Shown here piece after piece: positions 17,665-26,719 of a stretch of 32,000 bases of DNA (position 1 is its first letter; every line of letters begins with the position of its first letter). The stretch is taken from assembly GCF_000317025.1 (NCBI RefSeq), contig NC_019689.1, positions 3,208,024 through 3,240,023 of the forward strand, read 5' to 3'. The stretch is from Pleurocapsa sp. PCC 7327 (lineage in GTDB: Bacteria > Cyanobacteriota > Cyanobacteriia > Cyanobacteriales > Microcystaceae). A program made the position numbers and the translations under genes. The notes beneath the pieces are model-generated. The model did not search any database. It worked only from the letters and a program-made list of their open reading frames with translations, and was not told the DNA's origin.

Positions 17665-18459
17665 TTAAAATTCAACGATAACGGGAGCGTGATCGCTAGG
17701 CTGAGGAAGCTTTCTCGGTTCTACGTCAATCCTACAGCTAATCGCTCTTTCATAGAGTTGGGGGGTTAAATAATGATGGTCGATTCGCCATCCTCGGTTG
17801 CGTTGAAATCCTCCTTGGCGATAGTCCCACCAACTAAAATGTCCGCCTTCGGCAGTAAATTTGCGAAAAGCATCCTTTAAACCGATTGCTAGGACTTTCT
17901 GTAGCGCTTGGCGTTCGCGGGGAGAAGCCATGATATGATTTTCTTTTCCTTTTGGATCGTAAATATCTCTATCTTCTAAAGCAATATTGAAGTCTCCACA
18001 GACGCAAAGTTCCTCCGAGCTTTTTTCGCGCAGCGTTTTTAAATAGTCTTTTAGCACTTTAAGCCAACGCAGTTTATAGTCATATTTCTCGCTATCGACA
18101 GCGGCACCATTTGGCACGTATAAATTAACAATCCGAATCTCACCAATAACGCCAGTAATCACTCGCTTTTGCGAGTCAAAATCCAAATCTTCAGCTAGCA
18201 AATCGCCTAAAACAGGAGCAAAACCCGTACTTATTTGCGTTAATGGCTGTAGGCTAAAAATCGCTACCCCATTGTAAGATTTTTGCCCGGAGATATAGAG
18301 ATGATATCCAAGTTTTTCAAAACAATCTCTAGGAAAATCTGCATCAGTTACCTTTGTTTCTTGTAAACAAAGAACATCGACAGGATTGTTTTGTAGCCAA
18401 TCTACTACGTGCTGCTGGCGAGTGCGAATTGAATTAACATTCCAAGTGGCAATTTTCAT
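17665..18459 (-). CDS. xthA: exodeoxyribonuclease III
   Basis: 264 aa. 'MKIATWNVNSIRTRQ', 'DVLCLQETKV', 'CVCGDFNIALEDRDIYDP', 'WRIDHHYLTPQL' and 'HPSDHAPVIVEF'. Confidence 0.95.
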   Translation of the reverse strand: MKIATWNVNSIRTRQQHVVDWLQNNPVDVLCLQETKVTDADFPRDCFEKLGYHLYISGQKSYNGVAIFSLQPLTQISTGFAPVLGDLLAEDLDFDSQKRVITGVIGEIRIVNLYVPNGAAVDSEKYDYKLRWLKVLKDYLKTLREKSSEELCVCGDFNIALEDRDIYDPKGKENHIMASPRERQALQKVLAIGLKDAFRKFTAEGGHFSWWDYRQGGFQRNRGWRIDHHYLTPQLYERAISCRIDVEPRKLPQPSDHAPVIVEF

Positions 18460-18598
18460 GGGTTATGGCTGCTAATTCGAGTAGAAATAGAAATCTTAGC
18501 ATTTTGATGCCTAAATTGAGCAAAATGAGGAGATTTATTTTAACAATTTAAGTATCCTACAAATTAAGAATAAAATCGTTCAAATCTATCGCTTAAAA

Positions 18599-19870
18599 TT
18601 GGAAGAAAGAACAAGCGAAACTTTCTTGACTAATCCTCTTAACATTATTGTCATCGGCGGCGGGGCTGCCGGATTTTTCGGGGCAATTACTTGTGCCGCT
18701 ACCCATCCCCATACCCAAGTAACGTTACTAGAAGCAGGGCACACTCCTTTAGCGAAGGTGCGAATTTCTGGTGGGGGAAGGTGTAATGTCACCCACCACT
18801 GTTTCGATCCCGCTCAATTAGTACGATTCTATCCTAGAGGAGAGAAAGAACTGCGAGGCGCTTTTAGTCGTTTTCAACCCAAAGATACCATCGCTTGGTT
18901 TGAGTCTCGCGGCGTTCGCTTAAAAACCGAGGCGGATGGCAGGATGTTTCCCGTGACAGATAATTCGGAAACAATTGTCAATTGCCTGATGGAAACGGCA
19001 AGACAAACGGGAGTCAAATTGCGCACCAAGGCAATGGTCAAATCTGTGAAGAAAAAATCGGATTCTCCCGCACAAAAAGGATTTGAGGTGGAGTTAAAAA
19101 CGGGAGAAATTTTAAAGTGCGATCGCTTGTTAATTGCAACGGGAAACAATCCGTTGGGCTATCGTTTTGCCAAAGAGTTAGGACACGCGATCGAACCTCC
19201 AGTTCCTTCTCTTTTTACATTCAATATTGACGATCCTCGCCTGCAAAATTTAGCTGGAGTTAGCGTTGAGAATGCTTGCGTGTATCTCGCGAATACCGGG
19301 AAAAATCGACTCGAACAAACGGGAGCATTATTAATTACCCATTGGGGACTTAGCGGTCCTGCGATTTTAAAATTATCTGCTTGGGGAGCGAGAGTTTTAT
19401 ACGAACATCGCTATCAAATGTCTTTGATAATTAATTGGGTTCCTACCCATAACCTAGAAACTTTACGAAAATACTTATTAGAACTTAAATCGAACAATCC
19501 CAAGCGTAAAATTTCCAGTTATTCTCCTTTACCGATTCCAAAACGCCTTTGGCAGAGATTCCTGACCTTTGTTGGCACCGATAGGCAAATGACTTGGGCA
19601 GAATTATCTAAGGAAGCTTTGAATAAATTAGTTCGAGAACTGGCACAAGGACAATATCAAATTCAAGGGAAAGGCGTTTTTAAAGAAGAATTCGTTACCT
19701 GCGGCGGCGTAAAGTTAAAGGAGGTCGATTTTAAAACGATGGAAAGCAAAATTTGTCCCGGACTTTATTTTGCAGGGGAGGTTCTCGACATCGATGGAAT
19801 TACGGGCGGATTTAATTTTCAAAGTGCTTGGACGACTGCTTGGCTAGCAGGTAATGCGATGGGGAAATAA
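18599..19870 (+). CDS. NAD(P)/FAD-dependent oxidoreductase, HI0933/BaiN-like family
   Basis: 423 aa. Rossmann 'IIVIGGGAAGFFGAITCA', 'VRISGGGRCNVTH' and C-terminal 'GEVLDIDGITGGFNFQSAWTTAWLAG'. The TTG start is uncertain. Confidence 0.95.
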   Translation: MEERTSETFLTNPLNIIVIGGGAAGFFGAITCAATHPHTQVTLLEAGHTPLAKVRISGGGRCNVTHHCFDPAQLVRFYPRGEKELRGAFSRFQPKDTIAWFESRGVRLKTEADGRMFPVTDNSETIVNCLMETARQTGVKLRTKAMVKSVKKKSDSPAQKGFEVELKTGEILKCDRLLIATGNNPLGYRFAKELGHAIEPPVPSLFTFNIDDPRLQNLAGVSVENACVYLANTGKNRLEQTGALLITHWGLSGPAILKLSAWGARVLYEHRYQMSLIINWVPTHNLETLRKYLLELKSNNPKRKISSYSPLPIPKRLWQRFLTFVGTDRQMTWAELSKEALNKLVRELAQGQYQIQGKGVFKEEFVTCGGVKLKEVDFKTMESKICPGLYFAGEVLDIDGITGGFNFQSAWTTAWLAGNAMGK

Positions 19871-19964
19871 TCTAGCGATCGCAGCATAAAATTGTTACTT
19901 ATCGCTCACAGTTGGGAATGCTTAGAACAAAGGTAATTATTTTCTTAGCTTCTCAGTAACAATA

Positions 19965-21224
19965 ATGATTCAGCTCAACTTTCTGAAGCCCGCCAAACAA
20001 AACAATACTGATGCAATAGAATCCTCATTCAAGAGTCAGTTAGAATCTGAAGATGTTTCTAATGATGCCTCCAATTCTATTGTTAAAACAGAAGTAAATA
20101 ACTTAACAAAGCCTCAGACTCAGCAATCGTCTTGGCTTACTTCACTTGAAGTAGTTGGCAGCGTTGCAATGCAAGCTGGCGGTGCGATTACTGGTGCTGC
20201 TGTCAGTGTTGGTGGGGCAGTTGGAAATACTGCTGTACAAGCTGGCGGTGCGATTACTGGTGCTGCTGTCAGTGTTAGCGGAAATATTGGAAATGCTGCT
20301 ATATCAGCTATAAATGGAATTGGATACTTGTTTGATATTGCAAGCAATAGTCCTCAAATTCGAGAGATTGCAAAAGTTTTTCAAGTTGATTGGTTAATTA
20401 ATGTTATAGAGAAAGTAGATATAGTCAAAGCCGAAACTGAAGTCAAAAAACTACAGCAAAAATATCCCGATGAAAAACCAAATGAGATTGCTCATCGCCT
20501 CATTGTAGACAAGGCAATGTATGCGGGAGGAATGGTAATAGCAAGCAGTTTACTACCTGGAGTTGCTGCTGCTATGTTTGCAGTCGATTTGGCTGCGACA
20601 ACTCTACTGCAAGCAGAAATGATTTATCAAATTGCCTGTGCTTATGGATTAGATTTAAAAGATCCAGCTAGAAAAGGTGAAGTTCTGACAATTTTTGGTC
20701 TGTCTCTTGGTGGCGGTCAGCTATTAAAAGCAGGGTTGGGTATATTGACAAATATTCCTGCTGCTGGTGCAGTTATTGGTTTGAGTACCAATGCCTTAAT
20801 GCTTTATGCTTTGGGATATGGTGCTTGTAGATTTTATGAAGCAAAGATAAATCCTTTAACTATAGAAGCTAACTTAATAGATATTCAAGCTAAGAGCGAA
20901 GAGTATCTCAAGAAAGCTATCTCGCAAGAAATTATTATAGATCAAATTTTGGTTCATATTCTTATAGCTGGAAATCCAGACAAAACGTGGGAAAGTATTT
21001 TTCCAGAACTAAAATCTTTCAATCTTAGTCCTATTTCATTAGAAACGATATCAAATAATATTAACTTACTTCCTTCTTTAGATACTTTACTCGATCGCCT
21101 CGATGAAGACTTTGCGGTTGTTCTACTATCAAAATGCCAAAACATTGCTCGGTTAGATGGTGTAATTACAGCAGAAGAAGCACAGATAATAGAGACAGTT
21201 AGAAAGAAATTTGAGATTAATTGA
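19965..21224 (+). CDS. EcsC-like protein with glycine-rich N-terminal repeat and TerB-like C-terminal tail
   Basis: 419 aa. Core 'LVDKAMYAGGMVIASSLLPGVAAAMFAVDLAATTLLQAEMIYQIACAYGLDLKDPARKGEVLTIFGLSLGG' resembles EcsC proteins. Two perfect 39-bp repeats near the N-terminus. C-terminal 'IARLDGVITAEEAQIIETV'. Confidence 0.65.
   Translation: MIQLNFLKPAKQNNTDAIESSFKSQLESEDVSNDASNSIVKTEVNNLTKPQTQQSSWLTSLEVVGSVAMQAGGAITGAAVSVGGAVGNTAVQAGGAITGAAVSVSGNIGNAAISAINGIGYLFDIASNSPQIREIAKVFQVDWLINVIEKVDIVKAETEVKKLQQKYPDEKPNEIAHRLIVDKAMYAGGMVIASSLLPGVAAAMFAVDLAATTLLQAEMIYQIACAYGLDLKDPARKGEVLTIFGLSLGGGQLLKAGLGILTNIPAAGAVIGLSTNALMLYALGYGACRFYEAKINPLTIEANLIDIQAKSEEYLKKAISQEIIIDQILVHILIAGNPDKTWESIFPELKSFNLSPISLETISNNINLLPSLDTLLDRLDEDFAVVLLSKCQNIARLDGVITAEEAQIIETVRKKFEIN
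20172..20276 (+). repeat. intragenic tandem repeat, 66-bp period
   Basis: caagctggcggtgcgattactggtgctgctgtcagtgtt at 20172-20210 is repeated exactly at 20238-20276. Encodes QAGGAITGAAVSV twice. Confidence 0.9.
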
Positions 21225-21253
21225 GCATACTTGCCAACGCTCAAAAAAGTTTT

Positions 21254-21291
21254 CCCCCGTGCAATTTCCGAAATTGGAAAACTGACGGGGG
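21254..21291. terminator. inverted repeat between convergent genes, possible terminator
   Basis: CCCCCGT (21254-21260) pairs with ACGGGGG (21285-21291), located between the stop of the 19965-21224 gene and the 3' end of the HLIP gene. Confidence 0.3.
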
Positions 21292-21341
21292 ATTGTGTAT
21301 ATCTCAAATCGATTCGGCTCGACTTAGCAAACTCAATTGGA

Positions 21342-21485
21342 TTACATTAAGCCCAATTGAGAGAGGATTCCTTGGCCAGTCAGCAGTTCGGTAAGCACGC
21401 CAATGGTGAAGCCCAGCATAGCTAGACGACCGTTCCAGCTTTCAGCAAAAGCGGTGAAACCAAATTTAGCCTCTTTGTTTTCCAT
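21342..21485 (-). CDS. high-light-inducible protein (HLIP, single-helix chlorophyll a/b-binding-like)
   Basis: Reverse-strand translation from ATG at 21485: MENKEAKFGFTAFAESWNGRLAMLGFTIGVLTELLTGQGILSQLGLM*. Contains the signature ExxNGRxAMLGF. Too short for the supplied ORF track. Confidence 0.93.
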   Translation of the reverse strand: MENKEAKFGFTAFAESWNGRLAMLGFTIGVLTELLTGQGILSQLGLM

Positions 21486-21765
21486 AAGTCGTAACCCCTA
21501 TAGATTAAGTGCAGTTGAAGTTCAGTCAAGTATCTGTAATTAAATTTAACTTATAATTTCTAACTTTGCAACATTTCTTTATGTTCTGGCAAGGCGATCG
21601 CGAAAGCCATTATCCTGTAAGTTTTGCTACAAATTACTACCGCAACTCTATTACCTCTCTGTCAAGACTCTAAAATAAAAGTGAACAGCGACCAGCGCTC
21701 GAACAGCTAATAACTGGTAACTGTTTTATGACCCCCATTCGAGGGAAATGCATTGAGGGGTAAAA

Positions 21766-24700
21766 ATGAACAATCGCGCTTGCGCTTCCCCGGTGACGAA
21801 GCATCCGATGGTTTTGGCGCTGCATACCGCCGTCCAGGGGAGAGCTAGATTTAAAGTTAGAGGACTTTATCGCTCAGACGAACTCAAAAAATATTTAGAG
21901 TCGCGCTTGTCAAGTAAAAAAGGGATTAATTTTGTATCGGCTCGTCCGGCAACGGGTCATATTATTGTCCGCTTCGATCCGGAATGTAGTTATAAAGCGA
22001 TCGCACAAGCGATTGAAAAGTTGGTATTAGACTACAGAAATCAGAAGGCAGAAGTCGGAAATCGGAATTCGGAATTCGGAATTCGGAAGCCGGAAGTTAA
22101 TATCCTCCTCCCAGTCTCCCCATCTCCTCGCCTTCCTGCCGAACCATGGCATCTCAAAGACGCAGGAGCGATCGTAGCTGAATTGGAAACCTCGGCGGAA
22201 GTGGGATTAGCGAGCCGAGCAGCTAGAGAAAAACTGCAACGATACGGAGCCAACGTCCTATCAGAAACGCCCCCTCGCTCCGGGCTAAGCATTTTGCTCG
22301 ACTACTTCAAATCCGTACCCGTTGCCTTGCTTGCGGCTGCGGCGGGGCTTTCCCTGGTTACAGGGGGCGTAGCAGACGCAGTCGTCATCATGGGGGTAGT
22401 AGCCCTAAATGCTGCTCTCGGTTACGCCACAGAAAGCCAATCGGAACGAATTATCCATTCTCTCAAGCACCTGGTCAAACCTTCTGCCTTTGTTATCAGA
22501 GATGGCAATTTAGTCGAAATTAGCGCCCAAGAAATCGTTCCAGGAGATATTTTGGTTCTCAAACCGGGCAGCTACGTACCAGCAGACGCAAGGCTGATCG
22601 AAGCCGACCGTCTCAGCGTTGATGAGTCTGCCTTAACGGGCGAGAGCATCCCCGTAACGAAAACACCTGAAACCCTCGCCCGTCCGGACGCTCCCCTCGC
22701 CGAACGCACCAATATGGTCTATATGGGGACGATCGTTACGGGAGGGCAAGGGCTAGCCGTAGTCGTTGCCACGGGACAAAATACAGAGATGGGAACGATT
22801 CAAACCCTGGTAGGCGAGACCATCGTCCCGCAAACCCCCATGGAAAAACAACTCGATCGCGCGGGAAGTCAACTCGTCCTGGCATCGAGCGCAGTTTGCG
22901 GCATCGTTTTTGGGATCGGTTTATTGCGCGGCTACGGCACTCTCCAGATGCTCAAGACATCCATCTCTCTGGCAGTAGCTGCGGTTCCCGAAGGATTGCC
23001 AACGGTTGCCACGACAACTTTAGCGCTCGGCATCAACAATATGAGGAAGCATCACGTCCTCATCCGCCGCCTCGATGCAGTAGAAGCCCTGGGTTCCATT
23101 CAGACCATCTGCCTGGATAAGACGGGGACGATCACGACCAATCAAATGTCAGTCGTAGAACTGTACGTGGATGGACAATCCATTCAGCGCTCCGATGGAA
23201 AATTCCTGGTGGGAGAAGAAGAGATCGACCCCTACACTAGCGACAACCTGACAAAACTGATGCTGGTTTCAGTTCTGTGCAACGATAGCGAGGCGAACTC
23301 GGATGAGAATGGATTTTACGTTCTCAATGGCTCGTCAACTGAAAACGCCCTGCTCCAGATGGCAATTGATGCCGGGACGAACGCGATCTCGCTCAGGGAA
23401 AAATATCCGCGTCTGGAAACCAGCCACCGCTCCGAAAACCACAATTTCATGACCACCGTTCACCTCAACGAACATCATAAATTTATTGCCGTCAAGGGAA
23501 ATCCGACAGAAGTCATCGATCTGTGTAGCTGGCAGATTAAGAATGGGAAAAAAGTTCCTCTAAGCGAAGCAGACAAGTTGTCGATCGAGGCAGAAAACGA
23601 GCGCATGGCGGGCAAGGCGCTCAGAGTGTTGGCAGCCGCTTACATGGAAACCGATCTAGAAGATAACAACGGCAATCTTCCAGAAGATCTAATTTGGTTG
23701 GGACTGATCGGCATGGCAGATCCGATCCGGCATGGCGTCAAAGACTTGATGGGCAACTTCCATCAGGCAGGCATCGATACGATCATGATCACTGGCGATC
23801 AAAGTCCCACTGCCTACGCCATCGGCAAAGAATTGAATCTGAGTCGGGGCGAGCAACTACAAATCCTAGATTCAACCCACCTCATTGAAATCGATCCCGA
23901 AGTCACGAAGGGACTGTGCCAGCGAGTCCACGTCTTTGCCCGGATCAGTCCTTCTCATAAACTGCAAGTCGTTCAGGCATTGCAACAAGCTGGAAGAGTC
24001 GTTGCCATGACGGGAGATGGAATCAATGACGCTCCGGCGCTCAAGGCAGCCGAAGTCGGAATTGCCATGGGGCATACGGGAACTGATGTCGCCCGCGAAG
24101 TAGCCGATGTGGTGATAGAGGATGACAACCTCGAAACCATGATTATTGCCGTCAGTCAGGGACGGACTATCTACAACAACATCAGAAAATCGGTTCACTT
24201 CCTGCTCTCCACCAACACCAGCGAGATTCTGGTCATGCTTTTTGCCACGGTAGGGGGTCTGGGTCAGCCTCTCAATGCCATGCAACTTCTTTGGCTCAAC
24301 CTAGTGACCGATATTTTCCCCGGTCTCGGTCTTGCCCTGGAGCAGCCAGAACCCGACGTACTCAGCCAGCCTCCTCGTCCCCCCGAAGAACCAATCCTCA
24401 AGCAATCTGACTTTAAGCGCATTACCGCAGAGTCAGTTACTTTATCAGCTAGCGTTTTGGGTTCCTATATATACGGCATCCTACGCTATGGCATCGGATC
24501 CCAGGCAAGCACGATCGCGTTTATGAGCATGGTTGCAGCGCAACTCATGCACGCCCTGAGCTGCCGTTCTGAAAAACACCGTGTTTGGAGCAAAACCAAA
24601 CTGCCGCCGAATCGATATTTAGGTGCCGCTCTAGGAGGGTCGTTCGCGCTACAGAGCCTGTGCTTTATAATTCCGGGTTTGAGGAGTCTGTTGAAGCTTG

Positions 24701-24960
24701 CGCCTATTAATGCTTTGGATGGCGTTGTCATCGGCAGTAGTGCTTTCCTACCCTTTGTGGTGAATGAAACAACTAAGAAAGAACAACAAGAGAATAGAGC
24801 AACACTAAAGCAGGAAAGCTCGGAAGCGAGAGGAGATATTGTGGGGAGTGTGGGAAGAACTGGGAGTGTGGGAGGACTCCCAGATAAGGAAGAGACAAAA
24901 AAGGCAAAAAAGACAAAAAAGACAAAAAGACAAAAAAAGAAAAAAGACAAGGGAGACTAG
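21766..24960 (+). CDS. cation-translocating P-type ATPase (P2-like) with N-terminal HMA-like domain
   Basis: 1064 aa. 'ESALTGESIPV', 'AAVPEGLPTVATT', 'ICLDKTGTITTNQ', 'MTGDGINDAPALKAAEVGIAMG', 'WLNLVTDIFPGLGLALE'. N-terminal HMA-like 'TGHIIVRFDPE'. Confidence 0.95.
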   Translation: MNNRACASPVTKHPMVLALHTAVQGRARFKVRGLYRSDELKKYLESRLSSKKGINFVSARPATGHIIVRFDPECSYKAIAQAIEKLVLDYRNQKAEVGNRNSEFGIRKPEVNILLPVSPSPRLPAEPWHLKDAGAIVAELETSAEVGLASRAAREKLQRYGANVLSETPPRSGLSILLDYFKSVPVALLAAAAGLSLVTGGVADAVVIMGVVALNAALGYATESQSERIIHSLKHLVKPSAFVIRDGNLVEISAQEIVPGDILVLKPGSYVPADARLIEADRLSVDESALTGESIPVTKTPETLARPDAPLAERTNMVYMGTIVTGGQGLAVVVATGQNTEMGTIQTLVGETIVPQTPMEKQLDRAGSQLVLASSAVCGIVFGIGLLRGYGTLQMLKTSISLAVAAVPEGLPTVATTTLALGINNMRKHHVLIRRLDAVEALGSIQTICLDKTGTITTNQMSVVELYVDGQSIQRSDGKFLVGEEEIDPYTSDNLTKLMLVSVLCNDSEANSDENGFYVLNGSSTENALLQMAIDAGTNAISLREKYPRLETSHRSENHNFMTTVHLNEHHKFIAVKGNPTEVIDLCSWQIKNGKKVPLSEADKLSIEAENERMAGKALRVLAAAYMETDLEDNNGNLPEDLIWLGLIGMADPIRHGVKDLMGNFHQAGIDTIMITGDQSPTAYAIGKELNLSRGEQLQILDSTHLIEIDPEVTKGLCQRVHVFARISPSHKLQVVQALQQAGRVVAMTGDGINDAPALKAAEVGIAMGHTGTDVAREVADVVIEDDNLETMIIAVSQGRTIYNNIRKSVHFLLSTNTSEILVMLFATVGGLGQPLNAMQLLWLNLVTDIFPGLGLALEQPEPDVLSQPPRPPEEPILKQSDFKRITAESVTLSASVLGSYIYGILRYGIGSQASTIAFMSMVAAQLMHALSCRSEKHRVWSKTKLPPNRYLGAALGGSFALQSLCFIIPGLRSLLKLAPINALDGVVIGSSAFLPFVVNETTKKEQQENRATLKQESSEARGDIVGSVGRTGSVGGLPDKEETKKAKKTKKTKRQKKKKDKGD
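22041..22145 (+). repeat. low-complexity segment inside P-type ATPase gene (CGGAATT repeats then CTCCC/TCTCC-rich)
   Basis: gaagtcggaaatcggaattcggaattcggaattcggaag... followed by ctcctcccagtctccccatctcctcgcc. Read in frame as linker AEVGNRNSEFGIRKPEVNILLPVSPSPRLPAEP. Confidence 0.7.
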
Positions 24961-25058
24961 GAGACAAAGGGACAGGGAAACTAGGAGACGGGAGTGCGGG
25001 GGGAGTGTGGGAGATGTGAGGAGAAACGGGAGCTTCTGGAGGCAGGGGAGAAGAGAAA
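24837..25058 (+). repeat. GGGAGTGTGGG / GACAAAAAAG / GGGAGAC low-complexity tract running from the ATPase 3' end into the intergenic region
   Basis: Repeated gggagtgtggga, gacaaaaaagg(c/a)aaaaaagac and ggagac units. Encodes the C-terminal tail GSVGRTGSVGGLPDKEETKKAKKTKKTKRQKKKKDKGD. Confidence 0.75.
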
Positions 25059-25094
25059 CAAGACCAACCACTAACTACTAACTACTATCCACTA

Positions 25095-25239
25095 ATATCA
25101 AATCCGGATGAATGACCACAATAACCAGTAGTGCGAAAGATCCTTCGCTATCCCCTTCGCTATCGCTGGGGGCTTCTCATCTTGGTCGCGAGCGGGACAC
25201 TCGCACTACACATTATGACTAATTAAACGGATTTGATAT
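25095..25239. mobile_element. MITE-like element, copy 1
   Basis: 145 bp bounded by inverted termini ATATCAAATCCG ... CGGATTTGATAT. Imperfect extension of the arms gives roughly 30-bp TIRs. Confidence 0.65.
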
Positions 25240-25273
25240 AACAATCCAAAATCCTTTCATCCAATGAAGAACT

Positions 25274-26497
25274 ATGAAACAAGACTTTATGTTCACCTCC
25301 GAATCGGTAACCGAGGGACACCCGGATAAACTGTGCGATCGCATTAGCGACGCGATCGTTGATAATTTTCTGCGCAAAGATCCCTATTCGCGGGTAGTTA
25401 CGGAGTGCGCGGTCGCTACCTCGATCATTTTTATTGCGGCTCGGTTTGATTCCGATGCGATCGTAGACTTTACTAAAATTGCTAGAAAGGTCATCAAACA
25501 AGTCGGTTACGATCAGCCTGATTTCAGCGCGAAAACCTGTAGCATCCTAACTAGCCTCAAAGAGTTACCGCCGAGTCAATACCGCTATTTCGACGAAAAA
25601 AAACTCTCGGATGAGGAGATCGATCGCATTACAGTCAAAAATCAGGCAACCGTTTTCGGGTTTGCTTGCAATCAAACGTCTGCCTTGATGCCGCTTCCGA
25701 TTTGGCTGGCACACAAATTGGCAAAGCGATTGACCGCCGTCAGATGCCAAAATATCCTTCCCTATCTCACGCCGGATGGAAAAACTCAGGTAGGGATTGA
25801 ATACCGCGATCGCAAACCACATCGCATCCACAGCATCACTGTCATTGCCAGTCAGAACCAACCCTTTAACTCCCAAGGGCCCGATCTCAAAACCCTGCAA
25901 GACGATATTCGAGCAGCCGTCATCGACCCAGTTTTTGAGAACGAAGAAATTCAGCCAGACGACCAAACCAAAATCTTTATCAACCCCGACGGATCGCTAA
26001 TTATCGGGGGTCCTGCTGCTCATTCCGGGCTAACGGGTAGAAAAAATGCGATCGATACCTACGGCGAATATTCGCGGCACAGTGGCGCAGCCCTCAGCGG
26101 CAAAGATCCGACGCGCATCGATCGCATCGGCGCTTATGCCGCTCGTTATGCTGCCAAAAATGTCGTAGCAGCAGGACTGGCTGACGAATGCGAAGTGCAG
26201 CTTAGCTATTCGATCGGGCTTGCCCATCCCGTCAGCGTCCAAGTAGAAACTTTTGGAACGGGAAAAATTTCCGATCGAGAAATTACGATGCTGCTAGAGA
26301 AGTGTTTCGATTTCCGACTGGCTGGCATTATCAAACGGTTTAATCTCAGGACGTTGCCCGCAGCGATCGAAGGCGGATTCTATCGACAGCTAGCCGCTTA
26401 CGGTCACGTCGGTAGAATCGATCTGGGGTTTATTCCCTGGGAGGAAACCGATAAGGTTCCAGTTTTACAGGAGTCGATCTCAAGTCCGGTTGGGTGA
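25274..26497 (+). CDS. metK: S-adenosylmethionine synthetase (methionine adenosyltransferase), divergent form
   Basis: 407 aa. 'FTSESVTEGHPDKLCDRISDAIVD', 'INPDGSLIIGGPAAHSGLTGRKNAIDTYG', 'SGKDPTRIDRIGAYAARYAAKNVVAAGLA'. Confidence 0.93.
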   Translation: MKQDFMFTSESVTEGHPDKLCDRISDAIVDNFLRKDPYSRVVTECAVATSIIFIAARFDSDAIVDFTKIARKVIKQVGYDQPDFSAKTCSILTSLKELPPSQYRYFDEKKLSDEEIDRITVKNQATVFGFACNQTSALMPLPIWLAHKLAKRLTAVRCQNILPYLTPDGKTQVGIEYRDRKPHRIHSITVIASQNQPFNSQGPDLKTLQDDIRAAVIDPVFENEEIQPDDQTKIFINPDGSLIIGGPAAHSGLTGRKNAIDTYGEYSRHSGAALSGKDPTRIDRIGAYAARYAAKNVVAAGLADECEVQLSYSIGLAHPVSVQVETFGTGKISDREITMLLEKCFDFRLAGIIKRFNLRTLPAAIEGGFYRQLAAYGHVGRIDLGFIPWEETDKVPVLQESISSPVG

Positions 26498-26596
26498 CTA
26501 AAACAATTCGCAATTCTCAAATCTTGCACCTATGCTTCACCCGACAAGGGAATTCATTCTCTTGCTCGATCGCGAAAGTCCTCGCCTATGGGGCTA

Positions 26597-26719
26597 ATAT
26601 CAAATCCGGTTGAACAAACACAATAACAAGTAGTACGAGCCTCTTGCTCGCGAGCGAGACGTATGCGCTTACGCGCACGCTATACATAAATATTAAGGTC
26701 AATTAAACAGATTTAAAAT
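26597..26719. mobile_element. MITE-like element, degenerate copy 2
   Basis: Left end atatcaaatccggttgaacaaacacaataacaagtagtacga matches copy 1 (atatcaaatccggatgaatgaccacaataaccagtagtgcga). Right end aattaaacagatttaaaata matches aattaaacggatttgatata. Confidence 0.6.

Noticed and set aside
16387-18459. Complete restriction-modification system
   Set aside because: Only the methyltransferase is visible. The neighbour is XthA, a housekeeping repair nuclease with canonical motifs, not a restriction endonuclease.
20171-20276. Possible promoter/iteron repeats in this region
   Set aside because: The repeats are a multiple of three in period (66 bp) and encode repeated peptide in a long ORF, so a coding explanation is sufficient.
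20954-21307. 117-aa minus-strand ORF
   Set aside because: Antisense to the C-terminal part of the EcsC-like gene. No motif support.
24486-24950. 154-aa minus-strand ORF (MSFFFFCLFVFFVFFAFFVS...)
   Set aside because: Artefact of the AAAAAAG-rich tract opposite the P-type ATPase 3' end. Poly-Phe/Leu translation is typical of spurious ORFs in simple repeats.
24805-25071. 88-aa minus-strand and 80-aa plus-strand ORFs (24839-25081) in the same low-complexity tract
   Set aside because: Low-complexity translations in several overlapping frames. None has an RBS or domain signal.
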